Below are positions 13,553-26,827 of a stretch of 64,000 nucleotides of DNA, piece after piece. The stretch is taken from positions 308,698,001 to 308,762,000 of the forward strand of contig OZ024740.1 of the NCBI GenBank assembly GCA_964016885.1, in the 5' to 3' direction. Made by a program: the position numbers and the translations under genes. Origin of the DNA: Eledone cirrhosa (lineage: Eukaryota). Position 1 is the stretch's first letter; each line of letters opens with the position of its first letter. The notes under the pieces are model-generated. The model did no database searches. It saw only the letters and a program-made list of their open reading frames with translations, and was not told the DNA's origin.

Positions 13553-13606
13553 ATTGCAGAAGAGATGGAAAAAGAAAGAAAAATGTTTCAGTTACAAGCA
13601 TGTGAA
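13553..13606 (+). CDS. ASAP: ASAP exon, BAR (IAEEMEKERKMFQLQACE)
   Basis: ttacag|ATT...GAA|gtaagt; phase 0 to 0. Confidence 0.96.
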
Positions 13607-14185
13607 GTAAGTATAGTTATTGTTGTCCATTAGCTATTTCTTACACAAGTACAATAAATGAGAAGCTGTGATGTTCATCTTTTCTATTGATCATTACTTC
13701 TGTAGTCAGTGGAAAATAAAAAAAACTTGTGTACTTGACTTAGCAGGAACTTACTCTCGGGTCTCAAATAATACACTTATCAATTTTTGAGATTTTTTCC
13801 AACTGCTATTTCTACACTTGTTGTACAGCCTTCTTTATTGGCTTATTAGAATAGTATATTGTATTATATGTTTCCAGGAGCAGCAAGGTGACTGATTGCA
13901 TTAGGTAAAAGACAACTTACTTATAAATTATGAGTTCAAATTTACTGCAGGTTTCATTGTGTCTGAACCAGAATACTTTATTCTACATACCCTCAGTTCA
14001 TCTTCATTTCAGCAACAAAATGAGATCATCTATGGGTTTTTACCAGCTTCAAATCTATTTTTTAATCTCAGTGCATGGTTATGAAGACTTGTGTTTGATA
14101 TTGTTTCCACAGTATTTGTTAAAAGTCAGTGTAATTTCAGCAATGAATGCCAACAATTGTATGTTTTTCTTTTATTTGTCCTCAG

Positions 14186-14271
14186 TATCTAATAAAAGTC
14201 AATGAAATCCGCACAAAGAAAGGAGTCGATCTACTACAACATCTAGTTGAATACTACCAAGCTCAAACCAC
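14186..14271 (+). CDS. ASAP: ASAP exon, BAR ([28 protein letters not shown])
   Basis: cctcag|TAT...AC|gtaagt; phase 0 to 2. Confidence 0.96.
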
Positions 14272-14832
14272 GTAAGTCATATGTTCCCACTTAAACATCA
14301 CTTTCACAAACCTATCAACACAGACACACATATACATTGAATTTCTTGCTGGTTTTTAACCCCATATTAGTCCTGATCCAGCAGATTAATGGTGTTCTAG
14401 CCATTACCCCTCTGTTTCTCTTTCTTTTCTTTGTTTTTCTACTATAATGTATGTCAGGCTACATTAGCCAATCTGCCAGCTTGATTGAAACATTCAGATC
14501 TGGTTTCCAGTCTGATGACCTATGAATTATGGTTTCTTGCCTCCTATTCTCCACCAGCCTCAGAAGTCATACAAAATCTTTATGGGGTTATCCTTTGCCT
14601 CTGTTGATGAGACCACGATTGAAAAAAAAAAAAAAAGAATATATAGACTCTCTTGTTGGTTCAGTATTAAAACAATGATGATGATGATGATAATGTATAA
14701 TCTTCAGAAGCACCCAGCCTCTTCTAGCTTGTATATAGGTTGACCCAGCAATATCCGTTGCCATAGTAACTATAAAAAACCATACTGAAAGCCCCAAAAT
14801 TCAGCTCACTATTTTTGTAATGACTGTTTCAG

Positions 14833-14992
14833 ATTATTCCAAGATGGTATCAAAACGATCAATCATTTTAGCAGCTTTATTGATGGTTTAGTAGGTCAGC
14901 TCCGTAAGATTAAACAAAGGCAAGATGAGGAAAGAAAGCAACTAATTGAGCTGAGAGATGTCCTCAAAAATTCAATGTCATCTTTTAAAGAG
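14833..14992 (+). CDS. ASAP: ASAP exon, BAR C-terminus (LFQDGIKTINHF...QDEERKQLIELRDVLKNSMSSFKE)
   Basis: tttcag|A...GAG|gtatgt; phase 2 to 0. Confidence 0.95.
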
Positions 14993-15164
14993 GTATGTGT
15001 TGCAGCACTTTTTTTCTTCCCCATTATTTTCTTCTGTGTCATAGTTTTACTACTTGTTGGTAGAACTGAGTCGTGTTATTGATAGAGAGTGAGATAAGCT
15101 CTTGAATGATTAGGACCTAGTTTATTACTTATAAGGCTAAGACATTTACTTATATAACCTAGTC

Positions 15165-16780
15165 TTTTACTTATAGAACATACTACTTTGCTGATAGAAC
15201 AGAACTTTACTGATAGAACAGTACTTTACTGATATAGCATAGTACTTTACTGATAGAACAGTACTTTACTGATAGAACAGTACTTTACTGATATAGCATA
15301 GTACTTTACTGATAGAACAGTACTTTACTGATATAGCATAGTACTTTACTGATAGAACAGTACTTTACTGATAGAACATAGTACTTTACTGATAGAATAT
15401 AGTACTTTACTGATAGAATATAGTACTTTACTGATAGAACAGTACTTTACTGATATAGCATAGTACTTTACTGATAGAACAGTACTTTACTGATAGAACA
15501 TAGTACTTTACTGATAGAATATAGTACTTTACTGATAGAACAGTACTTTACTGCTAGAACAGTACTTTACTGATAGAACATAGTACTTTACTGATAGAAC
15601 AGTACTTTACTGATAGAACAGTACTTTACTGCTAGAACAGTACTTTACTGCTAGAACAGTACTTTACTGCTAGAACAGTACTTTACTGATAGAACAGTAC
15701 TTTACTGATAGAATATAGTACTTTACTGCTAGAACAGTATTTTACTGCTAGAATATAGTACTTTACTGATAGAATATAGTACTTTACTGATAGAACATAG
15801 TACTTTACTGATAGAATATAGTACTTTACTGATAGAACAGTACTTTACTGCTAGAACAGTACTTTACAGCTAGAACAGTACTTTACTGCTAGAACAGTAC
15901 TTTACTGCTAGAACAGTACTTTACTGATAGAATATAGTACTTTACTGATAGAACAGTACTTTACTGATAGAATATAGTACTTTACTGATAGAACAGTACT
16001 TTACTGATAGAACATAGTACTTTACTGATAGAATATAGTACTTTAATGATAGAATATAGTACTTTACTGATAGAATATAGTACTTTACTGATATAATATA
16101 GTACTTTACTGATAGAATATAGTACTTTACTGATATCACATAGTACTTTACTGATACCACATAGTACTTTACTGATAGAACATAGTACTTTACTGATAGA
16201 ACATAGTACTTTACTGATAGAACATAGTACTTTACTGATAGAACATAGTACTTTACTGATATAACATAGTACTTTACTGATAGAATATAGTACTTTACTG
16301 ATAGGGCATATTTCTTTATTGATACAGCCTAGTCTTTCACTGACAGGGCCTAACTCTTTAGGGGTGTCGCCTAATGCTTTACTAATGGGGCTTAGTCCCT
16401 TATTGATAGGACCTAGCACTTTACTGAAAGGGCCTATTCCTTTAGTAGTCTGGCCTAATGCTTTACTGATAGCGCTTAGTTCTTTATTACTAGGATGTAG
16501 CACTTTACTGAATAGAGCCTAGACTTTACCAATAGGATCTAATGCATTAGTAGTATGGCCTAATCTTTAACAGATAGGATCTAATACTTTATTGATAGTA
16601 CCCAGTTTTTAGTTGATAAAATTAAGTATTTATTGATGAAATCTGGTATTTTATTGATAGGGCCTTGTGCTTTATTAACATATTCTAGTCCTTTAATAAT
16701 ATAGGTTAGTCATTTATTCACTAAAAGGGTATAGTCCTTTATATGTTGGGCCTAGTCTTTTACTGATAAAACATAATCCT
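15165..16780. repeat. 19/21-bp minisatellite (agtactttactgatagaac[at])
   Basis: Homogeneous core about 15195-16303 with diverged 21-bp periodic flanks. Confidence 0.95.
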
Positions 16781-16824
16781 TTTTTTTTTCAACTAAGAAG
16801 GGAAATAATTTGAGCAAACTCATT

Positions 16825-16918
16825 TGGAGTATATCACATATGTAGTTCTTGGACTCAAGTATAATATACACTGGAGTATATCACATATGTAGTTCTTGGA
16901 CTCAAGTATAATATACAC
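16825..16918. repeat. exact 47-bp tandem duplication
   Basis: tggagtatatcacatatgtagttcttggactcaagtataatatacac x2. Confidence 0.9.
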
Positions 16919-17947
16919 TTGGATTATAAGAGGGGAAAGTTTGGAGGGGGGAAAATAGAATTAACAGAATTGGTAGAAAATTGTGTTAGCTAGGAAAGTA
17001 AGTTTGGTAAAAAAAGAAAGCAAAATTGGGACAAAAATAAAATTGACAAAATTATACAGATTTGGTAGTTAGTAGGTTTGATAGAAATATAGGGCTGATA
17101 GAAAAGAAAATTTTGTCAGCAGGGAAGGCAGATGTTAAATTATGATGATGGTGTTTGTATGTATAAATGTGTGTGTGTGTGTTTGTGAGAAGCACAACCA
17201 TGATATGTGAAGAAGCGGTTCACTTTGCAGCCATGTAATTTGGGGCTCTATCTCAGTGCAGGTCTCTTTTACTATAGCCTCAGGCTGGCCAATGCCTTAT
17301 GAGGGAATTTGATAGTTTTGTGCCTCACATAAACAGTAGTGTCATGGGTCAGCAGTTAGATGTGTCAAGAAAAATCCATATCTTCTGAAAAAAAAATCAA
17401 GTGTGGGTTGGCATCATGAAGGGCATCCAGCCATAAAACACTGCATCAAAAGTCTTGTGGAAGCCATACTAGCATGGAAAAGTAGACATAAAATTGATGA
17501 TAATTATTAAAAATATATATGTAAATATGTTAAAGGATGATATACTGCATGTTATGTTTAAAATAGTTCTTGATTAATTGAAACTTCTTAGTTGAGGAAA
17601 TAAAATATAAACCTGGTGGCAATTATTTGTAACTTTCAAATAAAATAGGAGATACTTTCAAGAAATTAAGAATTTAATATCTTAATGTTAATTTTCATGT
17701 TTAGGTGAATATTGGGAGACAAGAGACACCTATAGAGATGTTTCAGTCTAATAAATCTCATCAGCATAGTATAGTCCAGTCAAGCCTGCTTGATTAGATG
17801 ACAAAGATTTTTACTTATAGAAAATGAGTTATGATTAATTTTTGTCCATTTTGCATGTATATATATGTGAGTGAGTGTGTGAGTGTGTATGTGTGTGATG
17901 ATTCTTAAAGTATAGGCAACTAATCTTGATGGTTTTCTTTCTTTAAG

Positions 17948-17983
17948 CATGCTCATCACAGACTCTCAGGAGGGAGTTGGATA
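17948..17983 (+). CDS. candidate 36-nt cassette exon in BAR-PH linker (HAHHRLSGGSWI)
   Basis: Branch-like ctaat, pyrimidine tract ggttttctttctttaag|, open frame, donor |gtaggt; symmetric phase 0 matching the host intron. Confidence 0.5.
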
Positions 17984-19827
17984 GTAGGTTTTTCTATTCC
18001 ACTACTGTTGTTGTTGTTAGTGTTGTTATTGTTTGTGTTGTTCTTCTTGTTGCTCTTGCTGTTGATTTTCTTTTCCATTTATTTTCTGGCATGGCTTGCG
18101 TGTGGATGCATCATTCTTTTCCTTGGTCTTCATTTTTACTATATATTATATATTCCTCTTATATATTACATTATGCAGAGTATACCAAAGTTTTCATAAG
18201 AGTTTTAAGAAAACAATTGTTTCTGTAATACACACAATTATAAAATATTCTATTGAATCTTTTGAAACTCTTATGAAACTCATGGCATACCTTGTATATC
18301 TGCTAATCATATATTATATTATATCCTATATTTCTTACCATAGCGTATATTATATAGCATATATATAGTATATATAATGGGGTCATTAAAAATTATGAAG
18401 GTATCTTCCTATCGTCCTCACTCTTTTATTTTACTTCACTGTCTTCTTTTTTCTTCTTTTACTTTCTTCTTACTTTGGCATTTTTACCAAACACGCATTG
18501 TCGGGCTTCAAAATAACCAAACTTATTTCTTATTTGTATTTTTATCTTGTATTATAAATATATATTTTTTTACTATATATTACCTTATATAATATATATC
18601 TTGCTATATCTTAGAATATATTATATCTTATACAGATCATAACTTTATATTATATATATATTCCATTGTCATATAGTTCTTCCTATATCTTACCTCAGCA
18701 GCTGTGTTCTCATTTATTTATAGATATATAGATTAACAAGCAAGCATTTGTATTAATAGATTAACAAATGAAGTATAGTCATCATTAAATCAATTATTGA
18801 TCTCTCACTCCTGGATAAAGTACATCTCCATTTCTCCAGTGGTTGATCTGAAATGTAAGTTTACAATTGTTAGCGTGATGATTAAGAAGTTTCCTTCACA
18901 ATCACATGGTACCATGTTCGATTCCACTGTGCAACACCTTGAACAAGTATTTTCTACTCATCACAATTACTCTTCTCTATGATTGTTACACAGTTACAAT
19001 AACAGTTAAAAGAGAGATGGGTTTATATTTAAAGGCTGTGTATACAAGGGTGTGTACATATTATGTTTATAACAAAATACTTGAGATTTTGAACTTTGTT
19101 TATGGATTACTAGCACTACATTTGCATGTTCCTGAGGCTTTACAGACCTCAGGTTGATATATATATATATTCGGTGCTAAAATATTTTCACTTTGGAGGT
19201 GAATATTACACCAGTTTCACTTTCAGCATGAAATTTCTTTTTTGATTGTTTTGAATGAATATGACCTTCAAAACAGTTGGAAATTGGTATAAAAAATCAT
19301 TACATAATGGAGTTGTGAAACAAAAACTATACTCTAAATGACACTTAAAACATTTTAAATATTTAAATATTAAAGTTTCATAAATATATCCTCCACTTGT
19401 GAGAATTTCAAAACTGTGCCATCTAAACATAGTATTTTGATTAGTTACCTTGGCTTATAAATGGGGTTTGGATTTTTGCCTATTTCTAACCCATGCTAGC
19501 ATGGAAAATGGATGTTGAATGATGATGATGATATATATATATATATATATTTAAAACGACAACAGTAGGCCGTACTGGAAGATATGTTGTAAATTTTAAT
19601 TCCATGAAATCACTATACATATCAATGGCCCAGCTCCATCATCCAATTATGATGCAAGACCGGGTGATCTCATCAGGTAACTTTGACAGAATTACAAAAC
19701 AGGGTTACATAGAACCCATACTTATCATAAAAGATAGGGAAAAGATAATAGCAAGTTAAAAAATGGAAAAGTGAAACAGGAAAAAGAAAATTTGACTTGA
19801 AGACCGCTTGCAAAAGGAGTCCAAGAG

Positions 19828-20128
19828 AGGTTATGAGTTCAATTCTTGGACTGGGTGATGCTTTGTGTCCTTGAGCAAGGCACTTTATTTTGGATGGCTC
19901 CAGTTTATTCAGCTGTAGAAATGAGTTGCAGTGTCACTGGAACCAAGCTGTATCAGCCATTGCCTTTCTTTTGGGCAACATCGGTGGCATGGAGAGGGGA
20001 AACTGGCATCCACGGGCGACTGCTGGTCTTCCACAAACTAACTTGCCCGGGTTTATACCTCAGAGAGGGAACTTTCTAGGCACAAATCCCATGGTCATTC
20101 ATGACCAAAAGGGGTCTTTACCCTTACT
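19828..20128 (+). mobile_element. SINE with family-B head/CORE and a different tail
   Basis: gagttcaattc...ccttgagcaaggcactttattt...cagctgtagaaatgag followed by an unrelated 3' region. Confidence 0.7.
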
Positions 20129-20331
20129 CTATCTATCTATTCATCCATCTATTCCTTCATTCATCCATCTGTTTGTCTATATCTTTCTCTCCATTTAGCT
20201 AACTGCCTGTCTCTCGGTCTGTCCAGCTAACTCTCAGTCTGTCCAACACTAATATTATATCACCATTCCTGGATAATTTGGTCTTATGAATTGTTCATTA
20301 AGACAGATTCAACAACACGAATGACATGGTT

Positions 20332-20717
20332 GCTCTCGGGTCCCAAATAATAGGGGGTGGTTGGAATAATCGGTGGGAGTTGGAATAAGCAGGTGGGGTC
20401 GGAATAAGCCGGGGGGGGGGGGTAATTTTTCTATGGTGTTGATTCTTTTTTTTTTTAAACCAGAATTAGTCAATTAGTTTACATATTGAGACCCCTAATC
20501 CATTCTATTTATTTTATAACATATGAGATTTCTAGTAATGTACTTTCTTTTTGTCATTTAAGATTTTTTAATGTCTAAAGAAAATTAATTGCTACCACTT
20601 AAAATAAAATTTTGCCGAAGACAGATTAGCAAAATTTAATGAAAGGGGGTGTGAAATAAGTGCGGGGGTTGGAAAAATTAATTGGGGGGAGGGGGCATTA
20701 TTGGAGACCCAAAAGTA
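20332..20717. mobile_element. MITE with TACTCT(C/T)GGGTC(T/C)C-type TIRs
   Basis: ctctcgggtcccaaataat ... attattggagacccaaaagta; related ends or bodies at 13752, 50430-50642 and 56128-57200. Confidence 0.7.
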
Positions 20718-23700
20718 TTTTTATTTGTATTGTTGTTGTTGCTGTTGTTGTTGTTGTGATGGTAGTGGTGGTGATGATGGTGTCGGTTTTTGTTGTTGAT
20801 GTTTTGCATTGATTCAAAAGAGATGTCAAGGCAATTCTTACTATTTGAATGTATGTTTCTTTATATTTGCATAAGCATTTTGTTGCCTGTATTTCTCTCG
20901 CTCTCTCTTTGGATGTGTATATATATGCTTGCATGTGATTGTGGTTATGTGAAGGTTTGTAGTGACAGGTACAAACATGGAGGTGTGTGTACTCTGCTTA
21001 TCTCAGTTTACAATGATAACTGCAGGTACCACATTTACATGACTATTAAACACTGGTGTATAGCTCATTTTGCAGATATTTAAGTTATTACAAACCCAGC
21101 CTACAGATGCTAACATAGAAAAGTAGTTGTAAAACAGTTAAAACAGACACACATACACATATCAAAGAAGCCTCTAAGCTCAGGAATGTCTGTGTGGTTA
21201 AGAAATTTGCTTTACAATCACATGGTTCTAGGTTCCATCCTATTGCATGGCACCATAACTGATGTCTTTTATCATAGCCTCACATCAGTCCAGCCCTTGT
21301 TAGTGAAATTGTGTAGACAGACACTATTTAGAAGCTCATCACAAGAAATTGACCTGTTTATAGACTTCTTCTTTAAAGTGGCAAATTGACAGAGTCAATA
21401 GAACATCTGATAGAATGTCTTGCAATATTTGTTTTGGCTCTCTACTTTCTGATTTTAAATCACCCAGGTCAACTTTGTCTTTCATTCATTTGAGGTCAAT
21501 GAAAAAGTACCGGTCAAGTACTGGGTTAGATTCTTCCTCTATATCTCTTTCTCACTTCCATGTTCTTACTCCCTATCTTTCTCTGAAAGAAATCTGCTGT
21601 ATTCAGACCTGGAGAGAAGGGCTCTACCAGGTTTAGAAAAAGGCCCTGGAAACACTGTCAATGCAGCACCCCTACGACTTCTTTAGGAGTTGCAGGTCCA
21701 TTATAATGGAGTTACATACATTATAAAGGTGATGATACACAAAATGACAACAAATTAACATTGTGTTAATGCCAAGTAATAATACCACTACTCTGACCAA
21801 CACACTGGCCATATACTTGCCACCTAACACTACACACATTGAAGAATTTATAGCTTATTAAAAGTGAATCAATTTAAGTGAAATGGTGACATTTCACATA
21901 CCACAGTCTTCGCAGTATACATATGTTGAGTAAATATACACAGTATATAGCTGTTATCTTGATAGACACAATGTTTAGGTGTTGACTGGATGTCATATGG
22001 CTTTTTACTGAGTTCAAATATTACTTTTCATCCTTCTAGGACTGATAAAATCAAGTATGAGTCAAGTACTGGGGTCAGGGTTGATATAACATAGATAGTC
22101 GATGCTGACAAATTTAGAACAAAGTTTCATTTAACCAATGACTAAATGATAGAATATACATCACAGTTCCTGATCAGACATGACTGCAAATCTAATGTGT
22201 CTGTTGTCTAAATAGGCTGACAAGTGTTGAAGTATTTCTTTGTTCAACTTGATAGAGTGTGTGTAGCTTATAGATCAAAGAGTCGCTCTATGTAGAGCCT
22301 CTACTTCTCTGAATTGAGAGATCACTGCTTTGATATTACGGATATGTGATTAGAATATCTCAGGAAAGAACCACTGGACATTTCTCATGGGCAAAACCAG
22401 CCAGCAGGAGACCCAGTGGTAGACCCCGAGCAAGATGGCTGGATAGATGGCTCAGTCAGATCAATTGGAAATGGTTGCTTCTGATAAGACCTTCTAAAAG
22501 GAGTGTTTGATGACTCTGCTTCCATGACTCTTCCAGGAATAAGTAGGCGAAGAAGAAAGGGTAATTTCATTGTATTCTGTCCATATATAAAACACATTAA
22601 CCTATAAGCTGAGAACAAGCATCACATGGACAATTGATATTGGTTATTGATTCCGTTGAGATTAACTTTGCCTTTCATCCTTACAGGGTCGATAAAATAA
22701 TGTACTGGGTAATTGCTGGCCTTGTGCCAAAAGTAAAAACAATTATTAGAAAGGGGTTCCTCCAGAAAATCATACAGATATAGGAAGTTCACTCAACTAT
22801 TCAACCCATGATAGCAGAGAAGACCAATAATCCTCCATGCCTGTTAATTACCTTGTTTATATTTGATTGGAGTCTCCTGAGATGAAGTCTCCTATATCTT
22901 GAAATACTAATTCTAATAAAATATCAGATTTCTGCTGCTGAACATACTACTGTTGTTTGTTCATTTTGTGGTTGTTTCTTTTTCTTGGGAGTATTGTTGT
23001 TGTTCATACTACTACTACTACTACTACTACTACATATCTGGAGCTTAACCCCTAATCTGATTCTTAAAGTGTTATTTGTTGTTATAAATGGCTTGTTTGA
23101 ATGTTTTAAAAGCTTGTTTGAATGTTTTAAAAGCTTCTTTGGGTGTTATAAGGGACTCGTTTGGATGTTACAAAAGCTTGTTTGATGTTATAAATGTTTT
23201 GTTGGTTGTTTTGTTTTTTTAGATGTTATAAAGATCTGTTTATACTTTAGAATAATAATATATGGACATATTTGGGTGTTACACTGGACAATACTGACAT
23301 ATGAATATCTATATAAGATTGTATTGTAACAAACTTCTATATAAATAAATGTGGAGATGTAGTAGCAGACAGTATATGGATAGATGTGGTGGTGGTGTAG
23401 TAAACTAATGTATGATGAAATAGAAGCTGGTGTACTAAGATATGTATCACTATAGAAGCCATATATTGAAATATGATACCAAATATGATGAGGAAGATAA
23501 TTGTGAATATAATAGCAATGATAATGACATGATGAGTTCACAATTATTATAAAGTACCAGTAATACACTGAGGTCAATTTAATTGACTTCCCCTTCTCCC
23601 AAAAATCACTGGCTCTCTGCTTTAATCAGAAACCATTATTATAGACAATTTTTGGTTTGAATTAAGTGTTGTTGTTATTATTTTTTGCAGCTTCATTTAA

Positions 23701-25289
23701 TTCATTAATTGTTGTTGTTGCTGTTGTTGTTCTTGTTGTTGTTACTGCAGCTTTATGAGTCATTTTTGGTTTCTGTTTTTCAACTTTTAATTCTCTTTTC
23801 TTTCTTTTCCAATCTTTAATACTCTTGAAGACAATTTTAATTTTACTTCTGAGTGTTGTTTAAGTGTTTGCCATTTTTCTGAGAAATGTTCATGCAAACT
23901 GAATATTTTAATGTTATTGTTATCTTCACAGCACATGATATCATCTCTGTAAAGTGAACATAATAAGTCTTGCTATGAATATTGTTTGAGTTTAAACCCA
24001 AATAATCATGATTTTCAGTTTCCTAAGACTTTCATTAAGTCTTTTATATCTTTGATATGCTCTCTAAATTTGGCCTAAAATCTTAAAAGCATTCTATAAC
24101 ATTTTTTATTACATAGTCAAGTGAAAAAGTATTGCCCATAACCCTCTTCAGGGACCTCTAATACTGGTATAAAGAAGGAAAGTATCCTCAAAGTGGATGC
24201 TTGCAACATGGTGGACTCTGCTACAGGAATTTATGAGGCAGGTGATGGTGTTAAACTAGGTGACCAATTAAGCCTGCCACACAAGACATGGCAAGATTTG
24301 AACTCTTAACACATACAGCTAAAACAAATGCTACAAAGTATCCTATCCAATGTTTTAATGGCTTCACCTGTCAACTACCATTAGACTGGTATTTTATTTG
24401 TTGACCCTGGAAGAATGAAAAGAAGTAAAGTTGTCTTTGGTGGGATTTGCAAAGAACCAATAAAAAATACTGCAAGGCATTTTATCTGACACTCTAACAC
24501 TTCTACCACTTTGCTGTCTTTCATCTTCTGAGTTTGCTAAAATAAGAACTAGTCAAATATTTTGGATCAGTTTATTAAACTTACAACACTTCCACTAACA
24601 AATTTATGGCCTTGTGTCAAAATCTACAACACATTTCACTGTCCACTCACACATTATATGAAATAATCTGTTAGGTGTATATAAATGTGTTTCGTTTTGA
24701 TCAGAAGATCGTTTTGTGATTACATGTGATTAAAATGCATAGTTATTGTGATTTGTGTCTGTTTAGACTATTATCAGTTCCAATAAATCTGTCATATTTA
24801 TATCTCTGAAAAATATATGTAACATATAGGAAGTGGTGATGAAACATTGAAGAAATAAATTCCATGTCTTATAATAACATAGGATGTAATCCATTATGTA
24901 TTTGTAACCATACCTAATCTTTCTGTGAAAATTTACTAGGGACCAAAATAAAGAGACCATATGACCAGTTAATAGGCTGTATAAAATTTAGATATGGTGA
25001 TGATTTGTTAAATATTCAGAAAATTATTTCCTCATTCTATTCCCCAATATAACAAGATGGTGAGAGTACAAGACTCCCCCTGCAATGGACGCCAGTCCAT
25101 TGCAGGGTTAAACCCCACCACACGACACCCCACCTATTGCTGGTACTCATTTTCAGCTGATTATACTGGAGTATGTGAAATGAAGTGTTTTGCTCGAGAG
25201 CCAACACAGCCCAGCCCAGGAATCAAACCCACAACATTATGATCATACATAAGTCCAACACTCTTACCATTAGGCCACATACCTCCACT

Positions 25290-26150
25290 TGAATGGTATA
25301 GTAACCAAATCAATTGTATGACAATCTAAATATTTTATGGTAACTAAAAGTGACATTCCTATATATTCTGAGTTCATATCTCATGAAGGATTATTGTATT
25401 ACATCCTCCCTAAACACATAAAATAATATACCAGAGAAATATTGACATCAATCTAATTGACTACACCCTCCTCTAAAATGTGTATCTTTATGCTTATATT
25501 AGAAATCATTAATTGATAGGTATTGGATTGGCAGAATTATTAGAACATTAAACATAATTCTTTGTGGGATTTGTTCCAGATCTTTCTATTATGAGTTCAA
25601 ATCCTGATGAGGTCAATGTTATCTTTCATTTTTCTGGGATTGATAAAATAAAGTACCAGTCAAGTACTGGGGTTAGAGTTGGCATCATCAACTTTCCCCC
25701 TACCCCTGCAAATTGCTCGCCTTGTACCTCAATTTTAAATAATATTATCACAAAGGGCGGTGTATTGGCAGTATCAGTAGTGTCAAACATGCTTTGCAGC
25801 ATAGTTATGTCCCTTCACATTCTAAGTTCTAATCCTGCCGGGGTTGGCTTTGCCCTTCATCTTTACTGGGTTAATAAAATAAAGTACCAGTAATGCACTG
25901 AGGTTGATTTAATTGACTTTCCCCTTCCCAAAAAGTGTTGGCCTTGTGCCTAATCAGAAACCATTCATAAAGATGGATGGTGCTTGACAGAGTATTGGAC
26001 TAAATACTTTGCAGTATTTAATGACAACCTTTTGTGTTCCACTTTTCCCTTCATCTTCTGAGTTTGCTAAAATATTTGTCAAATATTTGGGATCAGCAAA
26101 GTAAACTTACAACACCTCTACAAATATAATTTATGGTCTTGTGTCAAAAT
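25290..26150 (+). mobile_element. cluster of tandem, decayed SINE family A copies
   Basis: Repeated gagttcaaatcc / tttcatc / ataaaataaagtaccag / ccttgtg motifs at about 25370, 25590, 25825 and 26040. Confidence 0.65.
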
Positions 26151-26457
26151 TGTGAAGGTGCATGGCTTTGTGGTTGGAAAATTAGATTCACAATTAGGAG
26201 GTTGTGATTTTGATTCCTGGACTGGGTGATGCGTTATGTCCTTGAGCAAGAGACTTTATTTTATGTTGCTCTTTCTGCCAGGAATTGTGGCCAGTAGATG
26301 ATATCAGCAATGGAAAGACCAATGGAAACATTTAACAAGTTCCACACTACTCAGTAAACAAATGAGGTTTGGGAAATTGTCTATTGAATAATAATTAAAA
26401 AAATGTTTAATCAAATATCATTATTGTTTTGATAGATGTGTACTTTTGTTTTAACAG

Positions 26458-26634
26458 CCTTCATCCTGTAGTTCTGTGTCCGGATACAGTCTCCACCAGC
26501 TTCAGGGCAATAAAAGCCATGGTAGTCAAAAAACAGGTTACCTGCTCAAGAAGAGTGAAGGACGAATGAGAAGAGTTTGGCAGAAGAGAAGATGTAGCAT
26601 CAAAGATGGAACCATGTCAATCAGTCACCAAGAT
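26458..26634 (+). CDS. ASAP: ASAP exon, PH domain start (PSSCSSVSGYSLHQLQGNKSHGSQKTGYLLKKSEGRMRRVWQKRRCSIKDGTMSISHQD)
   Basis: taacag|CCT...GAT|gtaagt; phase 0 to 0. Confidence 0.96.
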
Positions 26635-26827
26635 GTAAGTAATATTGCTGTTCATACATTTGTTTTAGTTCTGTCCCTTTACATATGCTTGAGGCTCAAT
26701 GTGCCTTCCATTATCTATATGAATAAAAATGGAATTGAGTTCATCCGTGTGTCAGTCCACTTGTGAGATGGAGTTAAAATGAAGGAAGGGGGACAGTGGA
26801 AAAAAAAATCAAACAGCATTTCAACTT

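Noticed and set aside
15942-16503. Heptad-repeat ORFs (ISKVLYS)n / (SVKYYIL)n
   Set aside because: Translation of the 21-bp minisatellite; the 19-bp units break the frame.
19560-19680. Possible hammerhead (minus strand CCTGATGAGATCAC)
   Set aside because: No correctly placed stem II closure followed by GAAA could be found.
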